Assembly: GCA_051251915.1 (NCBI GenBank)
Contig: JBPOGF010000013.1
Coordinates: 72,010-136,009 of the forward strand
Direction of reading: 5' to 3'
DNA length: 64,000 nt
Source: Akkermansiaceae bacterium
Lineage (GTDB): Bacteria > Verrucomicrobiota > Verrucomicrobiia > Verrucomicrobiales > Akkermansiaceae
Positions 1 to 10,600 of the stretch are shown in pieces. A program made the translations under genes and the position numbers. Numbering within the stretch: position 1 is the stretch's first letter; each line of letters opens with the position of its first letter. A model generated the notes under the pieces. The model was not told the DNA's origin. It saw nothing but the letters and a program-made list of their open reading frames with translations, and made no database searches.

Positions 1-511
1 TTTCACCGAAGGTGAAAGACTAACCAATGGATCAGTCGACGTTAATAAGATGCTCGAGAAGTCTCTGGCTAATCAATCATTCATGAGACTTCGTGAAAAC
101 AGCGAAGAATTGTCGTGGCCAGGAACCGAAGAAAGAATCCTAGACCTAATAGAACCATTTTTCAAAAGCTTGGAACTAATACTAGCAGATGCTGGTGAGT
201 GTACTATGGAAATCAGGAAAAGTGGTCTAGAACTTCGCTTACCTTCACGCCTTATCTCTAAACACCTGAAGCATTTAAGGCACTCTACTGATACTAACAT
301 TCCTATTGAAGGCGTCGTAAATTTTGTTGTCTCACTTTTCAAATTAGGCCACTTTGGTGCTCGATTTGATGTATTCCCAGAAACAGGCAATTCCCTAGTT
401 AGATTAAGAGTATCCTTTGACCTCGATAGGTTGCCAGGCTCTGATGAACCTGTATGGGAAGCTTTAGCTAGATCATTGGCTGACAACGATATGTTCTGGA
501 ATAGACTCTAA
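1..511 (+). CDS. Hypothetical protein, 5'-truncated by the window edge
   Basis: The frame of ORF 50..511 stays open back to position 2 (FTEGERLTNGSVDVNK-M...). It is followed by a terminator. No motif recognised. Confidence 0.55.
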   Translation, partial: FTEGERLTNGSVDVNKMLEKSLANQSFMRLRENSEELSWPGTEERILDLIEPFFKSLELILADAGECTMEIRKSGLELRLPSRLISKHLKHLRHSTDTNIPIEGVVNFVVSLFKLGHFGARFDVFPETGNSLVRLRVSFDLDRLPGSDEPVWEALARSLADNDMFWNRL

Positions 512-540
512 GTATAATAATCCATTCAAATCGCTTTATT

Positions 541-572
541 AAAAAGCCCACTGTTTGATCAGTAGGCTTTTT
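541..572. terminator. Bidirectional intrinsic terminator
   Basis: AAAAAGCCCACTG-tttgat-CAGTAGGCTTTTT between convergent genes. Confidence 0.7.
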
Positions 573-652
573 AGGCTATTGTTCAAGTAAGTATCGAATT
601 ACAACACTAGCCAATGATTCATGATGTAATTTTAAATACTGAAAAATTATTC

Positions 653-1867
653 TTAAAATTTATAGCTGGCTGATAAATTGATCGCTTGATTCAGCACATG
701 ATAGTTGCCATCCGCAGTTTGCCCCACAAGAGAGACTCCAGTATTGCCTGAAACATCTCTCCCTGAATTATAGGCCATATGATAACCTAGAGCCCAGCTT
801 ATGGTATCTGTTTTATGCCCCACTCCCACACTAAACAGATGGAGGTTTGCATCAGGGTTCAACGGAGAGAATGTAGAGTCAGGAGCTGAGTTTTCACTGT
901 AAATATAGCCGGCACTCACATAGTAACCATTGCATAAATAACGTGTAACTCCAAATTCATACATAAAACTAGACTCATAGTTAAATGGAAAATCTACATC
1001 TCCTAGTGCGGTACCTGATAGCGTAGTTACATTCACGGCATCCCAGTCTGTCCAATCAATATTAAACTCAAAATTCCAATCTTTATTAGGTCTGTATGAT
1101 ACGCCTAAGTCAATATTCTGCGGAAAAACTAGTGATGCAGATGTATCCAACCAAGATGTGTCTGGACTAAACTCAGCCATCGCTCTGGAACGCCCATCGT
1201 AATTCATCTGAGTTTCTAATTTATAACTAAGACCAAATGACCACTTAACATGAGGCTGCCATAACATTCCAAAATTCAAGCCAGCATCTAAGTCATTCCC
1301 CTCAAAACTGAAACGATCAGTAACACTGGTAAGTGCCCTATCAAAATCAATATTAGAATAGTTAAGAGTCACACTTCCTCCAATAGATAAGGAATCAGAA
1401 AGCTTATAAGCTACTGTGGGCGCCACACTAACGTAAGCGAGCGATCCTTTTTGCGCTAGAGTATTAAACGGATTATCATCACCGTAATCAATGCCTAAGC
1501 CATAGGGAGCGTAAACTCCTAAACCATAGGACCATGGTGAGTCTTCTGGTGAATAAACAAAGTGTAACTGAGGCACAACTTGCACGTTACTCTTAGTTTC
1601 AGCTTTCCCAAAAGCTCCAGTGTAATCAATATCTGTACTAATATTATAAAACCCTAAACTCAACTGTCTCCCCTCCAGCTGCGTGATCCCTGCCGGATTA
1701 TGGTAAATAGCCGAAGGGTTATCAGCTGTTGCTACAAAAGCATTTCCTCGCGCTATGCCATCAGGATCCTGGTTAGGGAGCCTAAAGCCAACAGCATGGG
1801 TTAAGCTAGACAAAGCAATAGAACACGACGATAGAATTAAATAATTTTTCATGATAATTTTGCTCAT
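653..1867 (-). CDS. OmpP1/FadL family outer-membrane transporter for hydrophobic compounds
   Basis: Signal peptide, hatch motif GFRLPNQ...RGNAFVATADNPSAIYHNPAG, amphipathic beta strands, C-terminal YKF. Confidence 0.9.
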   Translation of the reverse strand: MSKIIMKNYLILSSCSIALSSLTHAVGFRLPNQDPDGIARGNAFVATADNPSAIYHNPAGITQLEGRQLSLGFYNISTDIDYTGAFGKAETKSNVQVVPQLHFVYSPEDSPWSYGLGVYAPYGLGIDYGDDNPFNTLAQKGSLAYVSVAPTVAYKLSDSLSIGGSVTLNYSNIDFDRALTSVTDRFSFEGNDLDAGLNFGMLWQPHVKWSFGLSYKLETQMNYDGRSRAMAEFSPDTSWLDTSASLVFPQNIDLGVSYRPNKDWNFEFNIDWTDWDAVNVTTLSGTALGDVDFPFNYESSFMYEFGVTRYLCNGYYVSAGYIYSENSAPDSTFSPLNPDANLHLFSVGVGHKTDTISWALGYHMAYNSGRDVSGNTGVSLVGQTADGNYHVLNQAINLSASYKF

Positions 1868-1920
1868 AGAGCTATTAATAAATATTAAATATACAGTAAC
1901 CTTTAATAGCAGAAGGAATA

Positions 1921-2952
1921 TTATTTGGAAATGTTAAATTTAATTCTTTTCACCCAATCTGAGATCCAGGTTCTAGCTACTTCAGAGTCTAAACTTAGCA
2001 AAGGGTGTAACTGCATGGTTAAACTAAGCTTATTTTGAAACGTAATACAGCCAACTGCGATGCGCTGGCATTCAATAACAGGCGGCGTAAAATACCAAGT
2101 ATCCAACGAATCCAACTTTTTACCACTATCCCAAACACCCAAATTCGAAAAACATCCCATATTCCACTGAGACATAGCTTTGTCTTCTATCAGCAGTTTT
2201 CTTTTCACTTTTTCGCTCATCCATTTACCAGCCACATATCCCTTCCAGTTTTGCCAATGTTGTTTTTTCTTAATCGCTGAATATATTGTCTTATGAGTAT
2301 CATCAAAAGAATTCACAGAATTAAGCTTAATATTGATACACGATGAATGATTCATCGTTTCTCTTTGCATCTCAACCGCCCCCCTCATGTTGATTGGCAA
2401 CATCCAGGTAGTTACACTTTCTCTATCCTTCAACGACTCTCTCATCGTTTGGTCCAAAGTATGGATGAGCAATGTATTCACAGTGACTCCAAGTAACTTA
2501 CTTTTTTTAATAATATCACTAGTCTCACTTTCAGTAAATGCATGCCATGCCACAGCTTCCGGCGCGCTATCTATAGCTAATGACTTCCCAGGGATTGGCC
2601 TGCTATTCTGTAAAGGTGGAAGGAAATCTAATCTTTTGCGCTTGGCAAAAATCAATTCAGGAATCCCTCTAAGAAAAGGCCACCAAGAGTCCTTGTTACT
2701 GTGACCAGTGGTAGGAATATCAGAAGAATCATAGTTAATACCCATCTCTCTGAGTACATCAATCAACCCCCCAATGCCGTCAAAACATTGATGATCACGA
2801 TAGATCCACTTAGGTTCTTGTTGATGACCTGAGTGACCCGTGTTAGCGCTCCCAAAACGGATCTTCGTAAACTCCCCCATACCCTCTAGAACCTCAAACC
2901 AAGGCCGTATGGGATCTTCTGCATAAACTATATTTCTACCTCGTTTTGACAT
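1921..2952 (-). CDS. Putative CoA-dependent acyltransferase (condensation-domain/PapA5-like fold)
   Basis: HxxxDG motif (HQCFDG), GVTVNTLL, LPINMR and FSNLG segments typical of this fold. Confidence 0.6.
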   Translation of the reverse strand: MSKRGRNIVYAEDPIRPWFEVLEGMGEFTKIRFGSANTGHSGHQQEPKWIYRDHQCFDGIGGLIDVLREMGINYDSSDIPTTGHSNKDSWWPFLRGIPELIFAKRKRLDFLPPLQNSRPIPGKSLAIDSAPEAVAWHAFTESETSDIIKKSKLLGVTVNTLLIHTLDQTMRESLKDRESVTTWMLPINMRGAVEMQRETMNHSSCINIKLNSVNSFDDTHKTIYSAIKKKQHWQNWKGYVAGKWMSEKVKRKLLIEDKAMSQWNMGCFSNLGVWDSGKKLDSLDTWYFTPPVIECQRIAVGCITFQNKLSLTMQLHPLLSLDSEVARTWISDWVKRIKFNISK

Positions 2953-3123
2953 TGATTAGAGTCGTTGATTTTCAGAAACCAAACTGGTTCTAACGGTTAA
3001 TGATTTACCTACAAGAATATTCTCTCAGAACTTCGACCTATCACCATCTGTGAGTGAGAATCTAATATCCAAGTAATCAATTAACTCCATCTAAGGCAAA
3101 TTCATGATTCTACATGATTTCAT

Positions 3124-3417
3124 TTAAAACCTCCCCACCATCGCAAGCACAAAAAACACCACAGCATAAACCATAGCAGGCACCCCAAAACACTCTTCGC
3201 CAAAATCCCTCCACTTCCCCCACATAAAAACTTGCGGCAACACCACAAGAATAGCCAAAACAATAGCCCCTATCATGCAACAAAGCCGATAATCTCGATT
3301 CGAACCGACCACCCCACCCAACAAATCCCCAATCAACCACCCAATAGCCACCACCAAAACAACACAAACAATGTTCCACAGTAGCTTCATAAATAATCCA
3401 TCATCAATCAGCCTCAC
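3124..3417 (-). CDS. Small membrane protein (about 3 TM helices)
   Basis: Hydrophobic ORF starting 2 bp after the IMPase stop. The start may be a later Met. Confidence 0.5.
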   Translation of the reverse strand: MRLIDDGLFMKLLWNIVCVVLVVAIGWLIGDLLGGVVGSNRDYRLCCMIGAIVLAILVVLPQVFMWGKWRDFGEECFGVPAMVYAVVFFVLAMVGRF

Positions 3418-3419
3418 TA

Positions 3420-4211
3420 CTACAAATACCCTTCTCTAACCCTCTCCAACAACGCCCCATGCACTACCGGTTGCCCCGCTACCATCAACGTATCAGTAAA
3501 CATATTAAAATCCTCCCCATTCTCATTACTCACAATTATCCCATTCTCCCTCAACATCACCAAGCCCGCAGCCACATCATAAGGCTGCAAATCCGTCTCC
3601 CAGAAGCCCTGCACCCATCCCAAACTCAACTGAGCTACATCCAACGCAGCACTCCCAGACCTTCTAATACCACGCCCAAGCGTCAGTATCTTCGCCGCCG
3701 CCTTAAAGAATCCCTCAGCCCGCTCCGGTGACCGATACGGAAACCCAGTCATAAAAATAGCCTCACCCGGCTCACTAATCATCCTAGGCTTCATCAACTC
3801 CCCATTATATCTCACGCCTTCACCCTGCTCCCCCTCATACAGCTCCTTACTAAACGGCTTATAAACCACCCCAAAAACCGGCACACCGTTCTCCACCAAA
3901 GCCACCGAAACAGAAAACTGATCCAATCCGCTCAAAAAATTCGTCGTCCCATCCAGCGGATCCACAATCCACACCAAATCCTGCGCCCCAGACCTCCCGC
4001 TCTCCTCCCCATAGAACCCCGCACCCTCAACCAAAGGCATCAACCCCTCCTGCAACATCTTCTCAGACTCCACATCCACAAAAGAAACCGTCTCCCTAAG
4101 TGACTTCACCTCCGTAGCCCCACTATCCATCCTCCTAAAATACCCCATCTGAAACTCCCCAACTTTCCTCACCAAGTCTCTAACAACGTCCCTATCAATA
4201 TCAAATTCCAT
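3420..4211 (-). CDS. Inositol monophosphatase family protein (SuhB-like)
   Basis: GEE, WIVDPLDGTTNF, RRSGSAALD and YDVAAG motifs. Confidence 0.92.
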   Translation of the reverse strand: MEFDIDRDVVRDLVRKVGEFQMGYFRRMDSGATEVKSLRETVSFVDVESEKMLQEGLMPLVEGAGFYGEESGRSGAQDLVWIVDPLDGTTNFLSGLDQFSVSVALVENGVPVFGVVYKPFSKELYEGEQGEGVRYNGELMKPRMISEPGEAIFMTGFPYRSPERAEGFFKAAAKILTLGRGIRRSGSAALDVAQLSLGWVQGFWETDLQPYDVAAGLVMLRENGIIVSNENGEDFNMFTDTLMVAGQPVVHGALLERVREGYL

Positions 4212-4411
4212 ACCTCAAACACTACCAAAAAACTTACCCCTAGCAAGCCCAACAACTCCCCCCAAAACAATCACGCACAAAAGACAATCAAGTTCAGAGA
4301 AATTCAGCGTTCTTTCTGGTTCAAAAAGCACACTCCACCAAAGCTTCATCATACACAAATTCGTGGTTAGCGCCGCTGGCAAATGTCCACCACCAATAAC
4401 CTACCAAGACT

Positions 4412-5944
4412 CTACAGCTTCCTCAACTCATAAACATCCTTCCGCCTATCCTTCAAATTCCGCACACTCCCAAACTGATTCAACTCCCTCAGCAGATCAA
4501 TATCCACATCCGCAATCAAAATCATCTCCGTATTAGGTGTAGCCTCCGCCTTAATCCCAGTTGCAGGAAATGCAAAATCACAAGGCGTAAACACCATCGA
4601 CTGCGCATATTGAATATCCATATTATGCACCTTCGGTAAATTCCCCACACTCCCAGCAATCGCCACATAGCACTCATTCTCAATCGCCCTAGCCTGCGCA
4701 CAAAGTCTCACCCTAGAATAACCATTCTGAGTATCTGTTAGAAACGGAACAAACAAAATATCCATCCCATCATCAGCCAGCAATCGGCTCAACTCCGGAA
4801 ACTCCACATCATAACAAACCAAAATCCCAATCTTCCCACAATCAGTATCAAACGCCTTAACCTGTGTTCCTCCCCCCATCCCCCACACCTTCGCTTCATC
4901 AGGCGTCACATGTATCTTCTCAAACCTCTCCTTCGTTCCATCCCGCTTACAAAGATACCCCACATTATACAATCTATCGCCCACCATCTCTGGCATAGAA
5001 CCAGAAATAATATTGATGTTATAGCTAATCGCCAACTCAGAAAACTTCGCCACAATATCCTCCGTATGCTTCGCCAACTCACGTATAGCATCCGGCTCAG
5101 ACAAATGGTTATTCTGCGCCATCAACGGAGCATTAAAGAACTCCGGAAACAAAGCAAAATCTGACCGATATCCAGACACCGCATCCACAAAATACTCCAC
5201 CTGCTCTAACAACTCATCCAAATTATTATAAGGTCGCATCTGCCACTGAATCAACCCCAGTCGCACCACCTTCTTCACACTCTCCGCCTTCTTACTCTTC
5301 TTCTCATAGTAAATATTATCCCACTCTAACAGAACCGCATAATCTTCAGACTCCTCATCCCCATCCAAGTAATTCTTCAAAATCTTAGACGGATGAAAAT
5401 CATTTGAGATCTGGAAATTCAACACCGGATCATGGATCTCCTTCCGCCTCACCTTTGCAATATAATCCTTAGGTGAAAGCTCATCAGAATACTTATGATA
5501 ATTCGGAATCCTCCCCCCAAACACCACCGCCTTCAGATTCAACTCCTCACACAGCTCCTTCCTATAATCATACAACCTCCGCCCCAGCCGCAACCCCCTA
5601 AACTCCTTCTTAATAAACACATCTATCCCATACAGTACATCCCCATCCCCACTATGCGTATCAAACGTATAATTCCCAGTCACCTCCTTATAAGTATGCC
5701 TATCGTCAAATGAATCATAATCCACAATGATCGACAGCGCACACCCAGCAATCTGCTCATTCACCTTGATCACCACCTGCCCCTCAGAAAACCTAGTGAT
5801 CAACGCCTCTATCTGCTCCTCCTCCCAATAAGGATCTTCCACATTAGAATATGCCTCTATCATCGCAGCTTTCAGCTCCTGATAATCATCCATCGAAAGA
5901 TAGCTCAGCTCCACATTCTCAATATTTTCCTTTTCCTTCATCAT
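4412..5944 (-). CDS. Bifunctional GNAT N-acetyltransferase / carbon-nitrogen hydrolase
   Basis: N-terminal RGLRLGRRLY GNAT motif. C-terminal nitrilase triad FPEFF, KIH, VCYDVEFPE. Confidence 0.92.
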   Translation of the reverse strand: MMKEKENIENVELSYLSMDDYQELKAAMIEAYSNVEDPYWEEEQIEALITRFSEGQVVIKVNEQIAGCALSIIVDYDSFDDRHTYKEVTGNYTFDTHSGDGDVLYGIDVFIKKEFRGLRLGRRLYDYRKELCEELNLKAVVFGGRIPNYHKYSDELSPKDYIAKVRRKEIHDPVLNFQISNDFHPSKILKNYLDGDEESEDYAVLLEWDNIYYEKKSKKAESVKKVVRLGLIQWQMRPYNNLDELLEQVEYFVDAVSGYRSDFALFPEFFNAPLMAQNNHLSEPDAIRELAKHTEDIVAKFSELAISYNINIISGSMPEMVGDRLYNVGYLCKRDGTKERFEKIHVTPDEAKVWGMGGGTQVKAFDTDCGKIGILVCYDVEFPELSRLLADDGMDILFVPFLTDTQNGYSRVRLCAQARAIENECYVAIAGSVGNLPKVHNMDIQYAQSMVFTPCDFAFPATGIKAEATPNTEMILIADVDIDLLRELNQFGSVRNLKDRRKDVYELRKL

Positions 5945-6288
5945 CGTTTATAAATTGCGTTGTTCATCGGAGCTACCTCCTGCCCGAAATCCCTTCTTCC
6001 AGAGAGGCCTACGGTCACATCAATAATCGCAGAAATCCAAATACACAAGCCCTCGATTCAACCAACCCAAACTTTTCTCTCCTCACCATAAAAATTCACC
6101 TACACCACCACTCCTCTAGGCCCTACAACCATCTCCCCGACCGTCATCTCAAACCACCAAAAACATAAAACCTACACAATTAAAACCTCCTCCCCATTAC
6201 AGCAAACTTCATCGCTAACTTAATCACTCTAATTAGCAATCCACATCTTTCCAATTGACCCAAAATTCAGCAACTGTAAGCTATTTTC

Positions 6289-7284
6289 ATGAACACATCC
6301 AAAGGAATATTAGTAACAGTCATCTATCTCATGACGTTTTGCATACTATCTCCATCCTTACTTGCCGAATATAGAATATGGACCAATAAAGAAGGCAAAA
6401 CTCTCAGCGCCGAATTAGTCACACTCTCTGATACAGAAGTCACACTCAAACTCAAAAAGAACAGAAAGCAAACGACCATCGCTATTGATACACTCAGTGC
6501 CGCAGATCAAGACTTTCTAATCGCCTTGAAGCTAGAAAACAAAACGAAAGCCCAAAATCTAAAAGATCAAGCATTCATCATCGCAGGAAATAAGATTAAA
6601 CCTGGACAGGTAACCAATTTCAAAATCCCAGTAGTAACTAGTAAGGGAAAAAATACATCTTATCCTGCTGGTTTGTTAGTCCCAAAAGACTTTGATCCCA
6701 TCAACAAAGACTACAACCTTGTGTTCGTCTTTGTTGCTGGTGAAGGTAACCCAATCGCAGCAATCAAAGGGAATTCTAGTTTACTCCAAGTAGAAAATAC
6801 CATCATTGCTGCAGTCCACCACATGAGCTTACAAACCACCTTACCATTCATAGACTTCTACAGAATCCTTACTGAGAAATGGCCCCGTATGACCGAAAAC
6901 AAATGGAGACAAATGCACTTCGGTTTCTCCGGTGGAGCTAAAAACGGCTGCTGGGCAACTGGCGTTTTTATTAACGAAGGCGCCAATGTAGTAGGCTCAT
7001 TCATGGGTGGTTGCAACGAAGACCTATCAGAAAGAGCCAGAGGATTTATCAAGAAAAGCTCTGACAGAAAAAAAGTCGACAAAATCGCTTTTTTCCTCAG
7101 CTCCGGCGCCAAAGATAAAATCGCCAATCCACAACAACACCAAAAAGTAATGGATTCCCTCAAAAATAATGGTGCCAAGAACGTCAAACTAGAATCCCAC
7201 CCAGGAGCCCACTTCAACTGCAAACCCCACCAAGTCCCCGCACTAAAATGGATGATCGAAATTGCAGATGCACAAGAAAAATAA
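6289..7284 (+). CDS. Secreted SHD1-domain alpha/beta hydrolase (esterase-like)
   Basis: Signal peptide; RIWTNKEGKTLSAEL...LSAADQDF (SHD1); GFSGG nucleophile elbow, GAKD and GAH. Confidence 0.75.
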   Translation: MNTSKGILVTVIYLMTFCILSPSLLAEYRIWTNKEGKTLSAELVTLSDTEVTLKLKKNRKQTTIAIDTLSAADQDFLIALKLENKTKAQNLKDQAFIIAGNKIKPGQVTNFKIPVVTSKGKNTSYPAGLLVPKDFDPINKDYNLVFVFVAGEGNPIAAIKGNSSLLQVENTIIAAVHHMSLQTTLPFIDFYRILTEKWPRMTENKWRQMHFGFSGGAKNGCWATGVFINEGANVVGSFMGGCNEDLSERARGFIKKSSDRKKVDKIAFFLSSGAKDKIANPQQHQKVMDSLKNNGAKNVKLESHPGAHFNCKPHQVPALKWMIEIADAQEK

Positions 7285-7403
7285 CCCCCTAAAACCTCCC
7301 CCACACAGCACCCTGCCTTTCCCCTTTTTCCTTTCCTTTTTTTCCTTAAGCAAAGCTCCATTAAATACTTGCATCTCCACATTTCCCTACTAGCCTCTCG
7401 CCC

Positions 7404-8519
7404 ATGCTCCAGGCAGGAATAGTAGGATTACCAAACGTAGGGAAATCAACCCTTTTTAACGCAGTCACTCGCACCCGTAAAGCGGAGGCGGCTAACTACC
7501 CATTTTGCACCATCGACCCGAACATTGGCGTAGTCAGTGTCCCAGACGAACGACTCGCCGTGCTCAGCGAACTCTCAGGTTCTAAAAAGCTGATCCCCAC
7601 AGCCATCGAATTCGTAGACATCGCAGGACTCGTAGAAGGTGCCTCTGAAGGCGCAGGTCTAGGAAATAAATTCCTCGCCACCATCCGCGAAGTAGATGCC
7701 ATCGTCCAAGTCATTCGTTGTTTCGAAAATGACGACATCATCCACGAACTCGGCAGCGTAGACCCACTCCGCGACATCGAGATCATCAACGCCGAGCTCA
7801 TCCTCGCAGACATCTCAGCCATGGACAAACGTCTCCAGTCTCGCTCAAAAAAAGCAAAAAGTGGAGACAAAGAATCTAAAGCTGAAGTAGCCCTCATCGA
7901 GAGACTCCTACCGCACCTAAACGAAGGAAACCCAGCCCTCACCCTAGAAATGTCTGACGAAGAGCGCATTCTCCTCAAAGACTTCTTCCTCCTCTCATCA
8001 AAAAAATCTATCTTCGCCTGCAACGTCTCAGAAGACGAACTCGCTGACGCACTCACAGACCCAGACAGCCATAACATGGTCGCTAAGGTCCGTAAATACG
8101 CATCAGAAACTCAAGGCGCAGAAGCCGTCGTCCTCTCAGCCCAGATCGAAGAAGAACTCTCAGAGCTATCCCAAGAAGAAGCCAAAGAATTCCTCACAGA
8201 CATGGGAATCGCAGACTCCGGCGCATCAGAACTCATCAAAGGCGTCTACCACCTACTCGGCCTCCGCACCTACCTCACCACAGGCGTGCAGGAAACCCGC
8301 GCTTGGACCATCGTAGCTGGAGATAAAGCACCAGCAGCAGCCGGCGTCATCCACACAGATTTTGAGAAACAATTCATCCGCGCAGAAGTCATCCACTACG
8401 ATGACTACGTCAAACACAAAACAGTAGGAGCCGCACGTGAAGCCGGAGTCCTCCGCGCAGAAGGAAAAGAATACGTCGTCAAAGACGGCGACGTTATCAA
8501 CTTCCTCACTGGCGCATAA
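7404..8519 (+). CDS. ychF: Ribosome-binding ATPase YchF
   Basis: GIVGLPNVGKST, ANYPFCTIDPN, DIAGLV, and TGS tail EGKEYVVKDGD. Confidence 0.97.
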   Translation: MLQAGIVGLPNVGKSTLFNAVTRTRKAEAANYPFCTIDPNIGVVSVPDERLAVLSELSGSKKLIPTAIEFVDIAGLVEGASEGAGLGNKFLATIREVDAIVQVIRCFENDDIIHELGSVDPLRDIEIINAELILADISAMDKRLQSRSKKAKSGDKESKAEVALIERLLPHLNEGNPALTLEMSDEERILLKDFFLLSSKKSIFACNVSEDELADALTDPDSHNMVAKVRKYASETQGAEAVVLSAQIEEELSELSQEEAKEFLTDMGIADSGASELIKGVYHLLGLRTYLTTGVQETRAWTIVAGDKAPAAAGVIHTDFEKQFIRAEVIHYDDYVKHKTVGAAREAGVLRAEGKEYVVKDGDVINFLTGA

Positions 8520-8537
8520 ACCATACCACACAAACCC

Positions 8538-9389
8538 ATGGCAGGATTCTTCAAAAAGTTAATCAACAAGATCACCAACAAAGCGGAGATCGACTGGGAC
8601 GAACTAGAAGCAGATCTCATCTCCGCAGACCTCGGAGCCAGACTCTCGATGACCATCATCGATGAACTCCAAGCCATGGGTCGTAAAATCAGCGCAGAAG
8701 ATGTTGTAAACACCACTAAAAAACACATCGCCAGCATCCTCCCAGAAGACACCGCCCCCATCAAACCACGCACCGATGGCCTCCCACACGTCATCGTCAT
8801 GGTAGGCGTAAATGGCACCGGAAAAACAACTTCCACCGCCAAGCTCGCACATCACCTAAAATCTCAAGGCTACAGCGTCATGGTCGCCGCCGCAGACACC
8901 TTCCGTGCAGCCGCCGTAGAACAGCTCGAAGTCTGGGCCCAGCGTATCGACATTCCAATCATGACTGGAGCTCCAAATGCCGACCCATCATCCGTCTGCT
9001 ACACAGCCCATCAAAAGTGTATTTCTTTAGGTATAGACTTCCTCATTTGTGACACAGCCGGAAGACTCCACACCCGTCACAACCTCATGGAAGAACTCGC
9101 TAAAATAGAGCGCACCATCGGCAAACAAGACGAAACAGCCCCACACACCAAGCTCATCGTCGTAGACGCCACCACCGGCTCAAACGCCCTCCAACAAGCC
9201 AAAGAATTTAACAAAGCCATCGAACTAGATGGCCTAGTCGTCACCAAACTAGACGGTTCAGGAAAAGGCGGCATCATCGTCTCCATCTATCAAGAGCTAA
9301 ACATCCCCGCCCGTTTCATCGGCCTTGGAGAAGAACCAGAACAGTTCAACATCTTCAACAAAGAACAGTTCACCCAGGAAATCATGTAA
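8538..9389 (+). CDS. ftsY: SRP receptor FtsY (short form without acidic domain)
   Basis: GVNGTGKTT, DTFRAAA, DTAGR, TKLDGSGKGG. Confidence 0.96.
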   Translation: MAGFFKKLINKITNKAEIDWDELEADLISADLGARLSMTIIDELQAMGRKISAEDVVNTTKKHIASILPEDTAPIKPRTDGLPHVIVMVGVNGTGKTTSTAKLAHHLKSQGYSVMVAAADTFRAAAVEQLEVWAQRIDIPIMTGAPNADPSSVCYTAHQKCISLGIDFLICDTAGRLHTRHNLMEELAKIERTIGKQDETAPHTKLIVVDATTGSNALQQAKEFNKAIELDGLVVTKLDGSGKGGIIVSIYQELNIPARFIGLGEEPEQFNIFNKEQFTQEIM

Positions 9390-9580
9390 GGAATACCAGC
9401 CTAGTCCAAGCCACTCCTAGCAATTCCATTTGACTGACCCCAGCTCAAGAGAAATATGTTTCGGTATATAACCGTCATAGTTCTAATAGTTCAAACGCTA
9501 TACAGCAACTCCCTCATCTCCCCTCCACCTAACACGGCACAGCATTATTCATAATGGCTATTCAACCCGTGCTACCCTGC

Positions 9581-9622
9581 AAAAAAATAACCTAAGATCA
9601 GCAGAAGCCAATCTTAGGTTAT
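9581..9622 (-). terminator. Intrinsic terminator of the porin gene
   Basis: ATAACCTAAGAT...ATCTTAGGTTAT stem with a T-run on the minus strand. Confidence 0.7.
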
Positions 9623-9651
9623 CAATTAATAAGTAGTTAAACTCAGAAATA

Positions 9652-10392
9652 TTAGAAGCTGAAGCCAATAGAAGCACCCGCTACGAACTCGTCGTCACGT
9701 ACTGTTCCATTTGAATCAACGTCTTCGATAGCGTATGAGTATGACACGTATGGTGTAAGAGAAACTGCACTATTAAGTTCGATTGACTTAGAAATAGTAG
9801 CTTGTGCGTGTGTGAACTCGCTGTCCTCTGGGTTGATGCCGATAGCTAGAGCTGCGTCTAGTTCACCAAGTGCTCCAATAGCAAATGATCTTTCAACACC
9901 AAGCTCAAGGTAGCTCACGTCAAACTGATCAAAGTCATAGTAGTAAGTAGCGCTAAGTCCGAAACCTGCAACTTCTTTGCTAAGACCAAGGTACACTTCC
10001 TGTGTGTTTGTTGATGTAGCTCTGTCGAAGTAGTAGAGGATATAACCAACATCAAGAGTAGCAAAACCTAGGTCTTTGCTAGCGTTGAGGTATACATCTG
10101 TCTCAAGATCTGTATTCTGTCCTGGGTTAATAACATTAGCTGTCCAGATTCCCGCTGTTAGATCAAAGCAACCTAATGTAGTAGTAGCTTCAAGGCTAGC
10201 ATCTACCATGTCGTCTCCGAAGTTGATACCACGGAACAAATATGTGCTGTGATAACCAGCACCAAAGCTGAACATTTCGTTAGCTGGTGCTACTGTTTCG
10301 ATAGGTGCTGAGAAATCACCTGCAAGTGCTGGTGATGCGATCGAGGCTGATAAAAGGCCTCCGAGTATTGTTGTACGTATTTTGTTGTTCAT
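9652..10392 (-). CDS. TorF-like putative porin / outer-membrane beta-barrel
   Basis: Signal peptide from MNNKIRTT, YHSTYLFRG motif, ETDVY, C-terminal FSF. Start moved to 10392 because a sigma54 site covers the ORF-track start. Confidence 0.75.
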   Translation of the reverse strand: MNNKIRTTILGGLLSASIASPALAGDFSAPIETVAPANEMFSFGAGYHSTYLFRGINFGDDMVDASLEATTTLGCFDLTAGIWTANVINPGQNTDLETDVYLNASKDLGFATLDVGYILYYFDRATSTNTQEVYLGLSKEVAGFGLSATYYYDFDQFDVSYLELGVERSFAIGALGELDAALAIGINPEDSEFTHAQATISKSIELNSAVSLTPYVSYSYAIEDVDSNGTVRDDEFVAGASIGFSF

Positions 10393-10405
10393 CGAGAGCA
10401 AAAAC

Positions 10406-10422
10406 AGCATATTTCATGCCAA
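10406..10422 (-). promoter_or_regulatory. Sigma54 (-24/-12) promoter for the porin
   Basis: Minus strand TTGGCATGAAATATGCT, GG-N10-GC. Confidence 0.75.
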
Positions 10423-10557
10423 CTGTCAACATTTAACTTCCCGTGATCTCCACCTATCTAAAGTGTTCCACCACGCTTTTGCCTGTATATTAGTACACAG
10501 CTTGAGAAATAATCTATTTCATCTGAATTATTCATTATTTCACCACGTTTTGAAAAC

Positions 10558-10574
10558 TTGGCACACCAATTGCT
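10558..10574 (+). promoter_or_regulatory. Sigma54 (-24/-12) promoter for amtB
   Basis: TTGGCACACCAATTGCT, near-consensus GG-N10-GC. Confidence 0.85.
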
Positions 10575-10600
10575 GAAGAGGTAATGAATTATCAAACTAC

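Noticed and set aside
5945..6100. Riboswitch upstream of the GNAT-nitrilase gene
   Set aside because: The leader is less skewed than its flanks, but I could not match a known aptamer or find a convincing stem set.
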